Part shown: positions 23,453 to 32,001 of the stretch, piece by piece
How positions within the stretch are numbered: position 1 is the first letter of the stretch
Layout of the letters: the number at the start of each line of letters is the position of its first letter
Assembly: GCA_036768655.1 (NCBI GenBank)
Contig: DAIPMP010000001.1
Span: forward strand, 1 to 32,001
DNA from: Ktedonobacteraceae bacterium
GTDB taxonomy: Bacteria > Chloroflexota > Ktedonobacteria > Ktedonobacterales > Ktedonobacteraceae
Length of the DNA stretch: 32,001 bases
Direction of reading: 5' to 3'
Notes under the pieces: model-generated
What the model was told of the DNA's origin: nothing
Databases searched by the model: none
The model's input: only the letters and a program-made list of their open reading frames with translations
Position numbers and translations under genes: made by a program

Positions 23453-24433
23453 TCATCTTTCGGGCTGCAAAAGATATTCTTGTGGGTTCTTTTCAAACAA
23501 GCGTTTACAGGCAGGGCAACAAAAGTAAAAGCTATTACCATCAATGCTGATACTATGACGCGCACTCGCTATTTCCACTTCCATTCCACAAACAGGATCA
23601 ATAGCAACAGTAGTAGCAACCGTTCCAACCTGTTCTTCGGGTTCTTCGGGTTCTTCCTGTCGTTTCCCCTGCGCGGGTTGATCACTCTTCTCAACAGCGA
23701 GTGAACCTCGACGACGAACCTGTACGAGTTCTGCTAGAATGCTGGCAGCAATTTCATCGGGCGTGAGTGCGCCAATGTCAAGTCCAGCAGGAGCCTTGAG
23801 GTGAGCTATTTCCCTTTCGCTCAAGCCGACATCACGCAAGTACGCGCGACATGCCTCAGCCCGTTTGTGACTACCTACCATACCAACATAGCAGGCAGAA
23901 CTGCGCAATGCCTGTTCTAATATATCTTCATCATATTGCCCATGAGTAGCGACAAGAATATAGGTCTGTTCATTGACATCCACCTGGCTCAGATCAGCTG
24001 AATGCAGTTGGGTAACAGAAAAGTTAATGACAGTCCCTAGTTGACTTAACGCCGTAACTACGGGAGAATCACCGATCAAGATGAGTTTAGGAGGGGGAAA
24101 ATGTGGCTCCATATAAATATCTAATACGCCTCCACTCGCACATGACATGGGGAATGTTCGCACATCATTGCGGGCAATCCCCACATCAGGTGACCCTAAA
24201 CGCAAGAGGTAGGGATCGCTGCCTTCACGCAAGATACGCGCAGCCTCGCGCAATACGACAGGTTGCGCGCAACTACCACCAATCCAGCCAGTCACCTGCC
24301 CATTAGCTTGAATAATGGCCTGCGCACCCGGTTTCGCTGAAGTGGGACGTTCGCACCACACGACCGTTGCCAGCACAAATGGTTCGCCAGCCTCTGTTAA
24401 TTGGTGTGCAAGCTGCAGTAGTGTGTTGGACAT
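23453..24433 (-). CDS. XdhC/CoxF/CoxI-family molybdoenzyme maturation factor fused to a C-terminal TRASH/YHS metal-binding domain
   Basis: The XdhC N-domain pattern is EPFVLATVVWCERPTSAKPGAQAII..GWIGGSCAQ, and the Rossmann-like half is LILIGDSPVVTALSQL. An acidic linker (EEPEEPEE) follows. The C-terminus IDPVCGMEVEIASARHSISIDGNSFYFCCPACKRLFEKNPQEY has C-X22-C-X3-C spacing. I prefer ATG at 24433, with GGAGG 6 nt upstream. The ORF-track TTG is at 24475. Confidence 0.8.
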   Translation of the reverse strand: MSNTLLQLAHQLTEAGEPFVLATVVWCERPTSAKPGAQAIIQANGQVTGWIGGSCAQPVVLREAARILREGSDPYLLRLGSPDVGIARNDVRTFPMSCASGGVLDIYMEPHFPPPKLILIGDSPVVTALSQLGTVINFSVTQLHSADLSQVDVNEQTYILVATHGQYDEDILEQALRSSACYVGMVGSHKRAEACRAYLRDVGLSEREIAHLKAPAGLDIGALTPDEIAASILAELVQVRRRGSLAVEKSDQPAQGKRQEEPEEPEEQVGTVATTVAIDPVCGMEVEIASARHSISIDGNSFYFCCPACKRLFEKNPQEYLLQPER

Positions 24434-24561
24434 AGTATCCTCCAAAAAAATGGTACGCGCGCTAGCGGGTGGCAATGGCGAAGTTCAGAACAAATGAAGG
24501 TGAGCGTTTACCCTGTGAACATGTTCTTTTCACCATTGCCTTGCTATCAGTACTTCAACAA

Positions 24562-26928
24562 CTAATCAGCCGTCAAGCCTTTTTCCTTGAGGATATTCCA
24601 CACCTTCCATGGCGTAATCGGCATGTCAATGTGACGCACGCCAAGATGAGCGAGGGCATCAACAACAGCATTGACTATCGCCTGAGGAGCGCCAACCGTC
24701 GGTGACTCACCAACTCCCTTGGCTCCGATAGGATGATGTGGTGATGGCGTAACAGTCCTATCCGTCTCCCAATTCGGCGTCTCCATCGCAGTTGGGACCA
24801 GGTAATCCTGGAAGTTACCGTTTAGGATATTACCATCTTCGTCAAAAGTTACCTCTTCATAGAGAGCAGGCGCAAGCCCTTGCGTCAAACCGCCGTGAAT
24901 CTGTCCTTCGACTATCATCGGATTGATAATCGTGCCACAGTCGTCCACAGCCATAAAGCGACGAATGTCCACCTGACCCGTCCCCCTATCGATGTCTACA
25001 ACACAGATGTAGCTTCCGAACGGGTAGGTAAGATTGGGGGGATCGTAGTAATTCACTGCTTCTAAACCTGGCTCCAGGTACGGTGGGCAATTTGTATAGG
25101 CTGCAAAGGCTAACTCTTGAATTGTTTTACCTTTACCTGGCGTCCCTTTGACGAAGAAACGTCCTGGTTCCCATTCGAGATCTTCTTCACCGACTTCCAG
25201 GAGATAGGCTGCGATCTTCTTCGCTTTGTCACGCACTTTACGTGCCGCGAGTGCTGTGGCGGCGCCAGCTACCGGCGTACTACGGCTGGCATAGGTACCT
25301 AACCCGTAGGGTGCGGTATCGGTATCGCCATGCTCAACATCCACGTCATCAGGTGACATGCCCAGTTCCGCCGCGATAATCTGGGCAAAAGTGGTTTCAT
25401 GGCCCTGACCTTGTGTCTGAACGCCAATACGCGCGAGAATTTTTCCTGTCGGATGGACGCGCACTTCGCAACTATCGAACATCTGGATGCCTGCAATATC
25501 AAAGTGTTTGCCAGGGCCAGCGCCGACAATCTCCGTAAAACTGGAGATGCCAATGCCCATCAGCTCGCCACGAGCACGCTTTTCAGCCTGTTCACGCCGC
25601 AGCCCTTCATAGTCTACATTCTTCATTGCCAGTTTTAGCGCGCCTTCATAGTTTCCACTATCGAATGTCCAATCAAGGGCTGAGCGATAAGGGAAGGCTT
25701 CTGGTTTGATAAAGTTTTGCAGGCGAAGTTGCGCCGGGTCTTTCCCAAGATCATGGGCAAGCGTATCCATCATACGCTCAATCAGGTATGAGGCCTCGGT
25801 TACGCGAAACGAGCACCGGTAGGCAATGCCACCAGGAGCTTTGTTGGTATGCACTGCATCCACATCGACGAAGGCGTGTTTGAAGTCATACGAGCCTGTA
25901 CATATATGGAAAAGCCCCGCGGGGAATTTGGTCGGCTGTGCTGCGGCATCGAATGCGCCGTGATCTGCCAATGTATGTACTTTTAGCGCTTTCACAGTAC
26001 CATCTTTGTCCGCGGCTAACTCCGCGTGAATATGATAGTCACGCGCAAAGCCTGTGCTCGCGATATTCTCAGAGCGGTCTTCGATCCACTTGACCGGCTT
26101 ACCTGTGGTAAGAGACGCCACGACAGCACAAACATAGCCAGGATAGATAGGCACCTTATTGCCAAAACCTCCACCAACATCCGGTGAGATAATGCGGATG
26201 CGGTGCTCCGGCAATCCCGCGACGATAGCAAAAAGGGTACGATGCACGTGCGGCGCTTGCGAAGTGAGCCAGACGGTCAGCTTACCGGTCGCTTTTTTGT
26301 AGTCAGCGACACAACCACATGTCTCGATTGGAGCCGGGTGAATACGTGGAATAAACATATCCTGTTTGACAACGATGCCATTAGCTTCTGCATCGGTGAA
26401 AGCCTCGTCGGTTCCAGTCCTGTCGCCTGTCTCCCAATGGTAAATCTGATTTGTGGGTTGTTTATCTTTTTTATCTGGGCGCAGTAGTGGGGCATCAGGA
26501 TCAAGTGCCTTTTTAGGATCAACGATCACTTGTAAAGGTTCATATTCGACCTCGACAGCAGCCGCCCCATCTGCGGCGGCATAGCGACTGGTGGCTACGA
26601 CGAAGGCAACTTCCTGCATTTGAAAATGAACGCGATCCAGTGCGAGCACTGCCTCAGTATCTCCTGAAAGGGTAGGCATCCAGGCAAGTCCAGCGGCATC
26701 CAGATCTTTACCCGTAATGACCGCAACCACACCTGGAACCTTCATTGCCTCGCTAATATCAATACTCTTGATGAGTGCGTGGGCATAGGGACTGCGCACG
26801 ATATCGCCGTAGAGCATCCCTTTCAGCTGTACATCATCGACATATTTGCCCTCACCTCGAATAAAGCGAGCATCTTCCTTGCGCTTGTAAGGTTCACCAA
26901 GGCCATGTTTAAATACTTCAGTCGCCAT
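24562..26928 (-). CDS. coxL: Aerobic carbon monoxide dehydrogenase large (molybdopterin) subunit, form I
   Basis: 788 aa of the xanthine dehydrogenase/CoxL family. The active-site loop [10 protein letters not shown] carries the AYRCSFR signature of form I (Mo-Cu) CODH. GGGAGG lies 6 nt upstream of the ATG at 26928. The gene overlaps coxS by 11 nt. Confidence 0.9.
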   Translation of the reverse strand: MATEVFKHGLGEPYKRKEDARFIRGEGKYVDDVQLKGMLYGDIVRSPYAHALIKSIDISEAMKVPGVVAVITGKDLDAAGLAWMPTLSGDTEAVLALDRVHFQMQEVAFVVATSRYAAADGAAAVEVEYEPLQVIVDPKKALDPDAPLLRPDKKDKQPTNQIYHWETGDRTGTDEAFTDAEANGIVVKQDMFIPRIHPAPIETCGCVADYKKATGKLTVWLTSQAPHVHRTLFAIVAGLPEHRIRIISPDVGGGFGNKVPIYPGYVCAVVASLTTGKPVKWIEDRSENIASTGFARDYHIHAELAADKDGTVKALKVHTLADHGAFDAAAQPTKFPAGLFHICTGSYDFKHAFVDVDAVHTNKAPGGIAYRCSFRVTEASYLIERMMDTLAHDLGKDPAQLRLQNFIKPEAFPYRSALDWTFDSGNYEGALKLAMKNVDYEGLRREQAEKRARGELMGIGISSFTEIVGAGPGKHFDIAGIQMFDSCEVRVHPTGKILARIGVQTQGQGHETTFAQIIAAELGMSPDDVDVEHGDTDTAPYGLGTYASRSTPVAGAATALAARKVRDKAKKIAAYLLEVGEEDLEWEPGRFFVKGTPGKGKTIQELAFAAYTNCPPYLEPGLEAVNYYDPPNLTYPFGSYICVVDIDRGTGQVDIRRFMAVDDCGTIINPMIVEGQIHGGLTQGLAPALYEEVTFDEDGNILNGNFQDYLVPTAMETPNWETDRTVTPSPHHPIGAKGVGESPTVGAPQAIVNAVVDALAHLGVRHIDMPITPWKVWNILKEKGLTAD

Positions 26929-27451
26929 TACTTGCCTCCCTGGCTAGTGCTACTTGCGCTGGCACTGACAGCTCCTCAGAGTCCTGCATTTTCTCGGCAG
27001 CGTACTGTATGGCTTTCACAATATTGACGTAGCCAGTACAGCGGCACAAATTGCCAGAAATGCCTACACGAATCTCATGTTCACTAGGGTTGGGGTTACG
27101 CTGTAAGAGAGCCAACCCAGCCATCAACATCCCTGGTGTGCAATATCCACATTGCAAGGCATGTTTCTCGTGGAAACCTTCCTGCAATGGATGGAGCTTG
27201 CCCCCCTGTTCCATGCCCTCAACGGTCATAATCTGGCGACCGTTCGCCTGGACAGCAAACATGGTACAGGATTTGGTGGCCTTGCCGTCGACGAGAATAG
27301 TGCAAGCGCCACAAGAGGTTGTATCACAACCGATATGTGTGCCAGTCAATTGCAAACCATCACGAATCCAATGGACTAGAAGCATACGTGAATCGACATC
27401 ACCCTCGTAGGCAGTTCCGTTGATGGTGACATGAATATGATGTGTGCTCAT
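26918..27451 (-). CDS. coxS: CO dehydrogenase small [2Fe-2S] subunit
   Basis: Two 2Fe-2S motifs are present: CDTTSCGAC...C, and CGYCTPG with CRCTGY. I prefer ATG at 27449-27451, with AGGAGGGG upstream, 1 nt after the coxM stop. The ORF-track N-terminal extension overlaps coxM. Confidence 0.9.
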   Translation of the reverse strand: MSTHHIHVTINGTAYEGDVDSRMLLVHWIRDGLQLTGTHIGCDTTSCGACTILVDGKATKSCTMFAVQANGRQIMTVEGMEQGGKLHPLQEGFHEKHALQCGYCTPGMLMAGLALLQRNPNPSEHEIRVGISGNLCRCTGYVNIVKAIQYAAEKMQDSEELSVPAQVALAREASNGD

Positions 27452-27452
27452 A

Positions 27453-28331
27453 CTATTCCCCTCCTGTAGCGCGGCCATGCGCCTTTTGCAACGCGCGAAC
27501 TGCGAGTGTGCGTACCATAGCCCGCTTGTATTCTGCCGGACCGCGTGTGTCACTCGTAGGCTGTGACGCGGCAGCAGCCATATCAGCGACCTGGTGAATA
27601 CTTGCATCATCCAGGGCTTTGCCGAGCAGAAATTGTTCGGCATTTCGCGCCTTGATTGGAGTCGGTCCAACATTCGTTAGTCCAATGCCTGCGTAGGTAA
27701 CTTGTCCAGCATCATTCAATCGAACATAAGCAGCTACCCCAGCTATCGCATAATCACCAACCTTGCGTTCGAGCTGAATATACGCCCCCCCACTCCGGTC
27801 CGTAGGCGCTGGTACGCGAATCTCAGTTAAAATTTCATTGGGACGGAGCGTAGTCTCAAAGGAGTTATCAGTAAAAAACTCATCAATGGGAATAACCCGC
27901 TCGCCATCAGGGCCTACAGCTACCACAGATGCACCAAGTGCCAACATAGTAGCGGGATGATTGTTGCCAGGATCAGCGTGGGCAAGATTGCCACCAACCG
28001 TGGCCCAATTTCGTACTACAGGATCGGCTATCAAACTCGAGGTATCAAGCAGGATCGGGTAGCGTTCGCGGATGAGGTCGGAGTTATCTAATTCCGCTTC
28101 ACGGGTCATTGCGCCGATGTGTAGCACATTGTCCGTCTCCTGGATGTACTCCATACCATCAATGCGATTGATGTCGATCAAAACCGACGGACTGGCCAGG
28201 CGAAAACGTAAGAGGGGAATGAGGCTCTGACCACCAGCCAGAATCTTGGCTTCGTCGCCATGTTGTTGTAGCAGGGAAACAGCATCTGAAATACTGCTTG
28301 CTACTACATAATCAAAGGAACCAGGAATCAA
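27453..28331 (-). CDS. coxM: CO dehydrogenase medium FAD-binding subunit
   Basis: 292 aa with the FAD-binding pattern [16 protein letters not shown]. The start is TTG at 28329-28331, supported by GAAGGAGG (core 28339-28343) with a 7-nt spacer. Confidence 0.9.
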   Translation of the reverse strand: MIPGSFDYVVASSISDAVSLLQQHGDEAKILAGGQSLIPLLRFRLASPSVLIDINRIDGMEYIQETDNVLHIGAMTREAELDNSDLIRERYPILLDTSSLIADPVVRNWATVGGNLAHADPGNNHPATMLALGASVVAVGPDGERVIPIDEFFTDNSFETTLRPNEILTEIRVPAPTDRSGGAYIQLERKVGDYAIAGVAAYVRLNDAGQVTYAGIGLTNVGPTPIKARNAEQFLLGKALDDASIHQVADMAAAASQPTSDTRGPAEYKRAMVRTLAVRALQKAHGRATGGE

Positions 28332-28516
28332 ATGAGCACCTCCTTCAAACAGCCGTAATCGCGCAAATTCCTGCGCTTCATCGGAAAAATACGTCAGACC
28401 GATAGGGAGGAAATAGTATCAGGGTGTGCATCACCCCCATCATAGATTATTGTACTCTTACACTAGCCCACGTTGATACCTCCAAAAGGAGGTAATCCAC
28501 TATATACGAATGGAGG

Positions 28517-29155
28517 TCAAAGCCACCCCTGTTTGACGGCAACCATCACAGCCTCGGTGCGATTCTTAACGCCAAGCCGGTGCAGAATCTCCTGGACATA
28601 ACCTTTGACAGTGTTTTCACTGAGGTAGAGCTGAGTAGCAATTTCACGACTGGACAGGCCTTGAGCAACCAGGCGTAGAATGGCGATTTGTTGTGAACTG
28701 AGTGGTTCTTTTAGTGGTTCACTTTGGGCTGGTGGAACACGTCGCAGTTGGGCCAAAACTGCCGCGGCTGTTTTAGTATCAATAGCAGCTTCACCACGCG
28801 CTACAGCTCGAATAGCGCGCTTCAGATCAAATCGCTCAACATCTTTTAAGATAAAACCTTTGGTGCCAGCCTGAATACTTTGCGCTATAAGTTGTTCATC
28901 GGTAAAGGTGGTCAAGATAATTACGGCAGTCTCTGGATACCGCTCCGTGACAATTCGACAGACTTCGATACCACTCACACCTGGCAGCCGCACATCGAGC
29001 AACACTATATCTGGCCGCAAACGCTCTATCAATTCAAGAGCCTCATCCGCATTGGCAGCATCGCCAACAATGGAGAAATCAGGCTCAGCCACCAGAATAG
29101 CCTTAAGCCCTTCACGCACCATCTCATGATCATCAACGATCATTAAACGAATCAT
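28517..29155 (-). CDS. NarL/LuxR-family response regulator (REC + HTH_LuxR)
   Basis: The receiver domain reads MIRLMIVDDHEMVREGL...DIVLLDVRLPG...GFILKD. The LuxR HTH reads LSSQQIAILRLVAQGLSSREIATQLYLSENTVKGYVQEILHRLGV. The ATG overlaps the kinase stop (ATGA, 29152-29155). Confidence 0.9.
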   Translation of the reverse strand: MIRLMIVDDHEMVREGLKAILVAEPDFSIVGDAANADEALELIERLRPDIVLLDVRLPGVSGIEVCRIVTERYPETAVIILTTFTDEQLIAQSIQAGTKGFILKDVERFDLKRAIRAVARGEAAIDTKTAAAVLAQLRRVPPAQSEPLKEPLSSQQIAILRLVAQGLSSREIATQLYLSENTVKGYVQEILHRLGVKNRTEAVMVAVKQGWL

Positions 29156-30525
29156 AGAGGCACCACCGCCTTTACGATTAAACCGCCCTCCTCGCCGTTT
29201 ACCAGAGCAAATTGACCTCCCAATTCTTCAAGGCGATGATGCATACCCTTGAGTCCAAGGTGTGTCGTATTGTTCCGGTAGCTTTGAAGAACTTGCTGCG
29301 AGAGGCCAATCCCATTGTCTTGTACTACGAGGATCGCCTGTTCATTGGTTACCTGTACTGTAACAATTACAATCGTTGCTTGAGCATGACGACGCACATT
29401 CGAAAGAGATTCCTGGGCAATAGTCAAGAGGGCGCTTTCAATACGACCTGGTAGAGGCACGGCCAGTTCAACCACCACCAGGTCAGCCTCAATTGAAGTA
29501 GCCTCGCGCAAATCGTGAATCATTGTGTATAGCACACTTACCAATCCACCCTCTTGCAATTCAGTCATAGAAAGCGCAAAGATTGCATCGCGCACCTGTG
29601 CCGTCCCCAGAGAAGCAAGTTGTTTGATAGTATGCACTGGGCGAATGTAGGGGACCAATTCATCGCGTCCTTCGGAAGGCAATTGACCTAAGATCCAATC
29701 AGCTTTTAGACCAATGGCAAAGAGCGTTTGCTGCACGCGGTCATGCAATTCTTGAGCAATACGACTACGGTCATCCGCGAGCATTTGGCGCTTCTGTGCC
29801 TCCGTAAGTTCGTTGTGCAATGTCTGCAAATCAGTAGCATACTTGCTCAATTCTTGATTGCGCCGCTCCAATTCAGCTGTACGCTCTCGCACTTCCCGTT
29901 CCAGCTGGGCAGCATATTGCTCCATTGCTTGACGCTCACGAGCAATAAGCTGCGCATTGTGAATTGCAACAGCAGCCTGCGCACCAAGCGCTTCAATTAA
30001 TTCAACGTGACGTGTATTGAAGCGGCTTGGTTGCGTGTCACCTATCAGGAAAGCTCCCAAAGTCGTCCCTTTGCGCGTGCGCAGTTGAACGCCCAAAAAG
30101 CTGCGTACAGGGATATGTCCACGTGGCACGCCGACATATCGTACATCTTGATGTACATCATCAACGACTACGGACGTACCTTCCCAAAAAACGGGCTGTA
30201 ACACACCCATACCTTCAACCGGCCCCAGATGCCGGAAGTGTTTCTCGATGGATGGGGTAGCGCCAGAGATTGCTGCTAAATTGAAAATCACTTTATTCAT
30301 AGATTGCTGTGGATTCTCTCCAGCAATTTCAGGAGTAAGGAAGAAAGCGGCATACTGGGCCGCGGTGACTCGACGAGCTGCATCCGTTATCATTTGCAAT
30401 AATCGTTGCAGGTCAAATTCAGAAGTAAGAGCTATCGCAATGCGGTTCAGTTGAGCCAGTTCATCTTCTGGCGCTTGCTGGTCTACAATCAGTTGCGCGC
30501 GATTTTCTTCGATGTTCCGAGCCAT
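29152..30525 (-). CDS. Cytoplasmic GAF-domain sensor histidine kinase (GAF-HisKA_3-HATPase_c)
   Basis: 457 aa with no TM segment. An N-terminal GAF-like domain is followed by a coiled-coil linker. The HisKA_3 H-box is IAQELHDRVQQTL, the N-box SLSNVRRHAQA, and the G-box VQDNGIGL. AAGGAG lies 10 nt upstream of the ATG at 30525. Confidence 0.85.
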   Translation of the reverse strand: MARNIEENRAQLIVDQQAPEDELAQLNRIAIALTSEFDLQRLLQMITDAARRVTAAQYAAFFLTPEIAGENPQQSMNKVIFNLAAISGATPSIEKHFRHLGPVEGMGVLQPVFWEGTSVVVDDVHQDVRYVGVPRGHIPVRSFLGVQLRTRKGTTLGAFLIGDTQPSRFNTRHVELIEALGAQAAVAIHNAQLIARERQAMEQYAAQLEREVRERTAELERRNQELSKYATDLQTLHNELTEAQKRQMLADDRSRIAQELHDRVQQTLFAIGLKADWILGQLPSEGRDELVPYIRPVHTIKQLASLGTAQVRDAIFALSMTELQEGGLVSVLYTMIHDLREATSIEADLVVVELAVPLPGRIESALLTIAQESLSNVRRHAQATIVIVTVQVTNEQAILVVQDNGIGLSQQVLQSYRNNTTHLGLKGMHHRLEELGGQFALVNGEEGGLIVKAVVPL

Positions 30526-30577
30526 TCAACAAACACTCCTTTAATAACGTCCATGAAAATGTAGGAGATGTGGAAAA

Positions 30578-30586
30578 AGTATACCA
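30578..30586 (-). promoter_or_regulatory. Extended -10 element (TGgTATACT) upstream of the GAF kinase gene
   Basis: Read on the minus strand, TGGTATACT is the complement of 30586-30578. It lies about 53 nt upstream of the ATG at 30525. There is no good -35. Confidence 0.3.
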
Positions 30587-30691
30587 TGCAAGTACTGGCT
30601 TTCATAGAGATGGCCAAAAAATGTAGAAGATTTTAAACAGCTACCTCTCCCTCGTGTAAACAGAAAGCCAGAATGTAAGGGGAACTAAGAA

Positions 30692-31948
30692 CTACCCAAT
30701 CCTACAAAAAACAGCTTTCAGGTAAGCAGTCTCAGGCATCACCAGGTTGATGGGGTGATCGACGCCGTGCGTGTAGCTCTCCAACAACTGTACTGGGCGC
30801 CGCAAGTGACGTGCTACTTGCGACAAAGTCCCAAGCAGATCATCCATTCCCACCACCCCTGAACACGAACAAGTGAGTAGAATACCACCTGGTCGTACTA
30901 CCTGCATGCCAAGCGTATTCAGGCGTCTATAGGCTTTCAGAGCCTGTGATCGCGCAGCCTGCGTTTTGGCAAAAGCAGGCGGATCAAGGACAACCACATC
31001 GAACTGCTCGCCATTTCGCCGTGCCTCTTCCAGGTAATCGAAGACATCGGCCACAAGGAATGCATGTGCTTCAGGATCAAGTCCGTTTAGCGCAAAGTGG
31101 CCACGTGCCGCATCAATAGCTGAGGCAGAGATATCGACACTGGTTACCCTGGTTGTAGGACCACTGAGTGCCGCATAAACTGAGAAACCGCCCGTATAGC
31201 TGAAGCAGTTCAAAACTCGCTTGTTCCGCGCGTACTTTCGCAGAGCTTCGCGTTTATCGCGCTGATCAAGAAAGAATCCTGTCTTTTGCCCATGCCACGG
31301 ATCAACGCTAAACTGCACCCCATTCTCTCGTACTGCTATCTGGTCAGGAACTACGCCAGCTGCCACTACAGGCTCCTCTACCTCCAGACCCTCGCGTCGA
31401 CGCGACTGGCTCTCGTTGCGAAACAGTATCCCTGCTGCATTTGTTCCCTCCACTAATGCATCAATCAACAATGGGCGTAGCCTCTCCATTCCGGCAGTGT
31501 GAATTTGCGCGACCAGAATATCAGAGAACCGATCTACCACCAACCCCGGCAAACCATCGCCTTCCGAGTGAATAAGCCGGTAGGCAGTAGTCCTCTCTGG
31601 ATTGAATATCTGGCGCAATTCGACTGCGTTCTGGATGCGCCTTCGTAAAAATTCACCATCGATGACCTCCTCGGCATCGTGTGTCAGGATACGAATAGCA
31701 ATATCTGTCTGCGGGTTATAATACCCACGGGCAACAAACTGTCCAGTGGACGACTTGATGTCAACCAGCCCACCTGGCTCAATCCAGTGTGGAGGTTGTT
31801 GTAGCGCGCCAGAAAATATCCAGAGGTGGCCGCTCATGAGGCTCTCTTCCCGATGGGGCTTAAGACTGGCAGTTGGATAACGAACAGGTAATGACACAAG
31901 AAGCTCTTTCTTTGCTAAATTGATATGGACATTATCGCACAAAACCAC
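30692..31948 (-). CDS. rlmI: RlmI-like 23S rRNA (cytosine-C5) SAM-dependent methyltransferase (PUA + MTase)
   Basis: The protein resembles E. coli RlmI along its full length: LKPHREESL..HLWIFSGAL, YRLIHSEGDGLPGLVVDRF, GFFLDQRD, RVLNCFSYTGGFSVYA, VVLDPPAF and LLTCSCSG. The ORF-track start is GTG 31948, which has no SD. An alternative GTG at 31897 would give about 401 aa, close to RlmI length. Confidence 0.8.
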   Translation of the reverse strand: MVLCDNVHINLAKKELLVSLPVRYPTASLKPHREESLMSGHLWIFSGALQQPPHWIEPGGLVDIKSSTGQFVARGYYNPQTDIAIRILTHDAEEVIDGEFLRRRIQNAVELRQIFNPERTTAYRLIHSEGDGLPGLVVDRFSDILVAQIHTAGMERLRPLLIDALVEGTNAAGILFRNESQSRRREGLEVEEPVVAAGVVPDQIAVRENGVQFSVDPWHGQKTGFFLDQRDKREALRKYARNKRVLNCFSYTGGFSVYAALSGPTTRVTSVDISASAIDAARGHFALNGLDPEAHAFLVADVFDYLEEARRNGEQFDVVVLDPPAFAKTQAARSQALKAYRRLNTLGMQVVRPGGILLTCSCSGVVGMDDLLGTLSQVARHLRRPVQLLESYTHGVDHPINLVMPETAYLKAVFCRIG

Positions 31949-32001
31949 GAGAAAATGACTGTATCTTACACGTGAAGCGCAAGCGGGGCGAACGATTGAT
32001 C

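Noticed and set aside
23632-23658. A tandem 9-bp repeat (gttcttcgg gttcttcgg gttcttcct).
   Set aside because: It lies in frame within the XdhC-TRASH gene and simply encodes the EEPEEPEE acidic linker. It is not a CRISPR, VNTR-type regulatory repeat or binding-site array.
28477-28494. The 7-bp hairpin tacctcc-aaaa-ggaggta after the response regulator gene, considered as a terminator that would uncouple the two-component genes from coxMSL.
   Set aside because: The stem is short, the loop is 4 nt and no U-tract follows on the minus strand. I cannot decide from sequence whether transcription stops here, so it is not called as a feature.

Overview
This is a 32-kb chromosomal window of roughly 50% GC. 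I support 25 CDS plus one candidate small ORF. I found no rRNA, tRNA, CRISPR array, transposase, integrase, or recognisable phage or defence module. The gene content and protein style fit a large-genome aerobic bacterium, possibly Chloroflexota/Ktedonobacteria-like. The relevant traits are Pro/Thr/Ser-rich linkers, many cytoplasmic GAF/PAS kinases, and a form I CO dehydrogenase. That taxonomic guess is inference only.

Left to right, the window contains:
- a surface protein
- a CrtA-like protein preceded by an unlisted 47-codon ORF
- a stand-alone Pol X N-terminal (HhH) protein
- gabT, convergent with a class IV aminotransferase
- a bacterial RIO-type kinase
- a 655-bp gene-less gap
- a DUF4342-like small protein
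- a co-directional type IIA topoisomerase B/A pair
- a 510-bp AT-rich divergent control region
- an XRE-HTH/TPR regulator
- a zinc-ribbon protein
- a J-domain-only protein
- a YihY/BrkB membrane protein
- a 978-aa GAF-GAF-PAS-GAF histidine kinase
- an acidic hypothetical protein
- an eight-gene minus-strand block (30525 down to 21963), faced by a second coxG-like gene on the plus strand
- an RlmI-like rRNA methyltransferase

The eight-gene block runs GAF histidine kinase, NarL-type regulator, coxM, coxS, coxL (AYRCSFR form I signature), XdhC fused to a TRASH/YHS domain, coxG, and a SAM methyltransferase.

Most interesting observations:
1. An XdhC/CoxF-type maturation factor is fused to an intact C-X22-C-X3-C TRASH/YHS metal-binding module, inside a Mo-Cu CODH operon with no coxD/coxE in view.
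2. A DosS/DosR-like kinase/regulator pair lies directly upstream of coxMSL.
3. The topoisomerase pair is atypical. It has a degenerate GyrA box, a basic N-terminal extension on the B subunit, and a 26-bp perfect palindrome in the shared control region.
4. Very long, perfect, mutually non-homologous hairpins (17-24 bp stems) recur after genes.

I cannot show that any of these is a previously undescribed system from the sequence alone. Each needs database or experimental checks.
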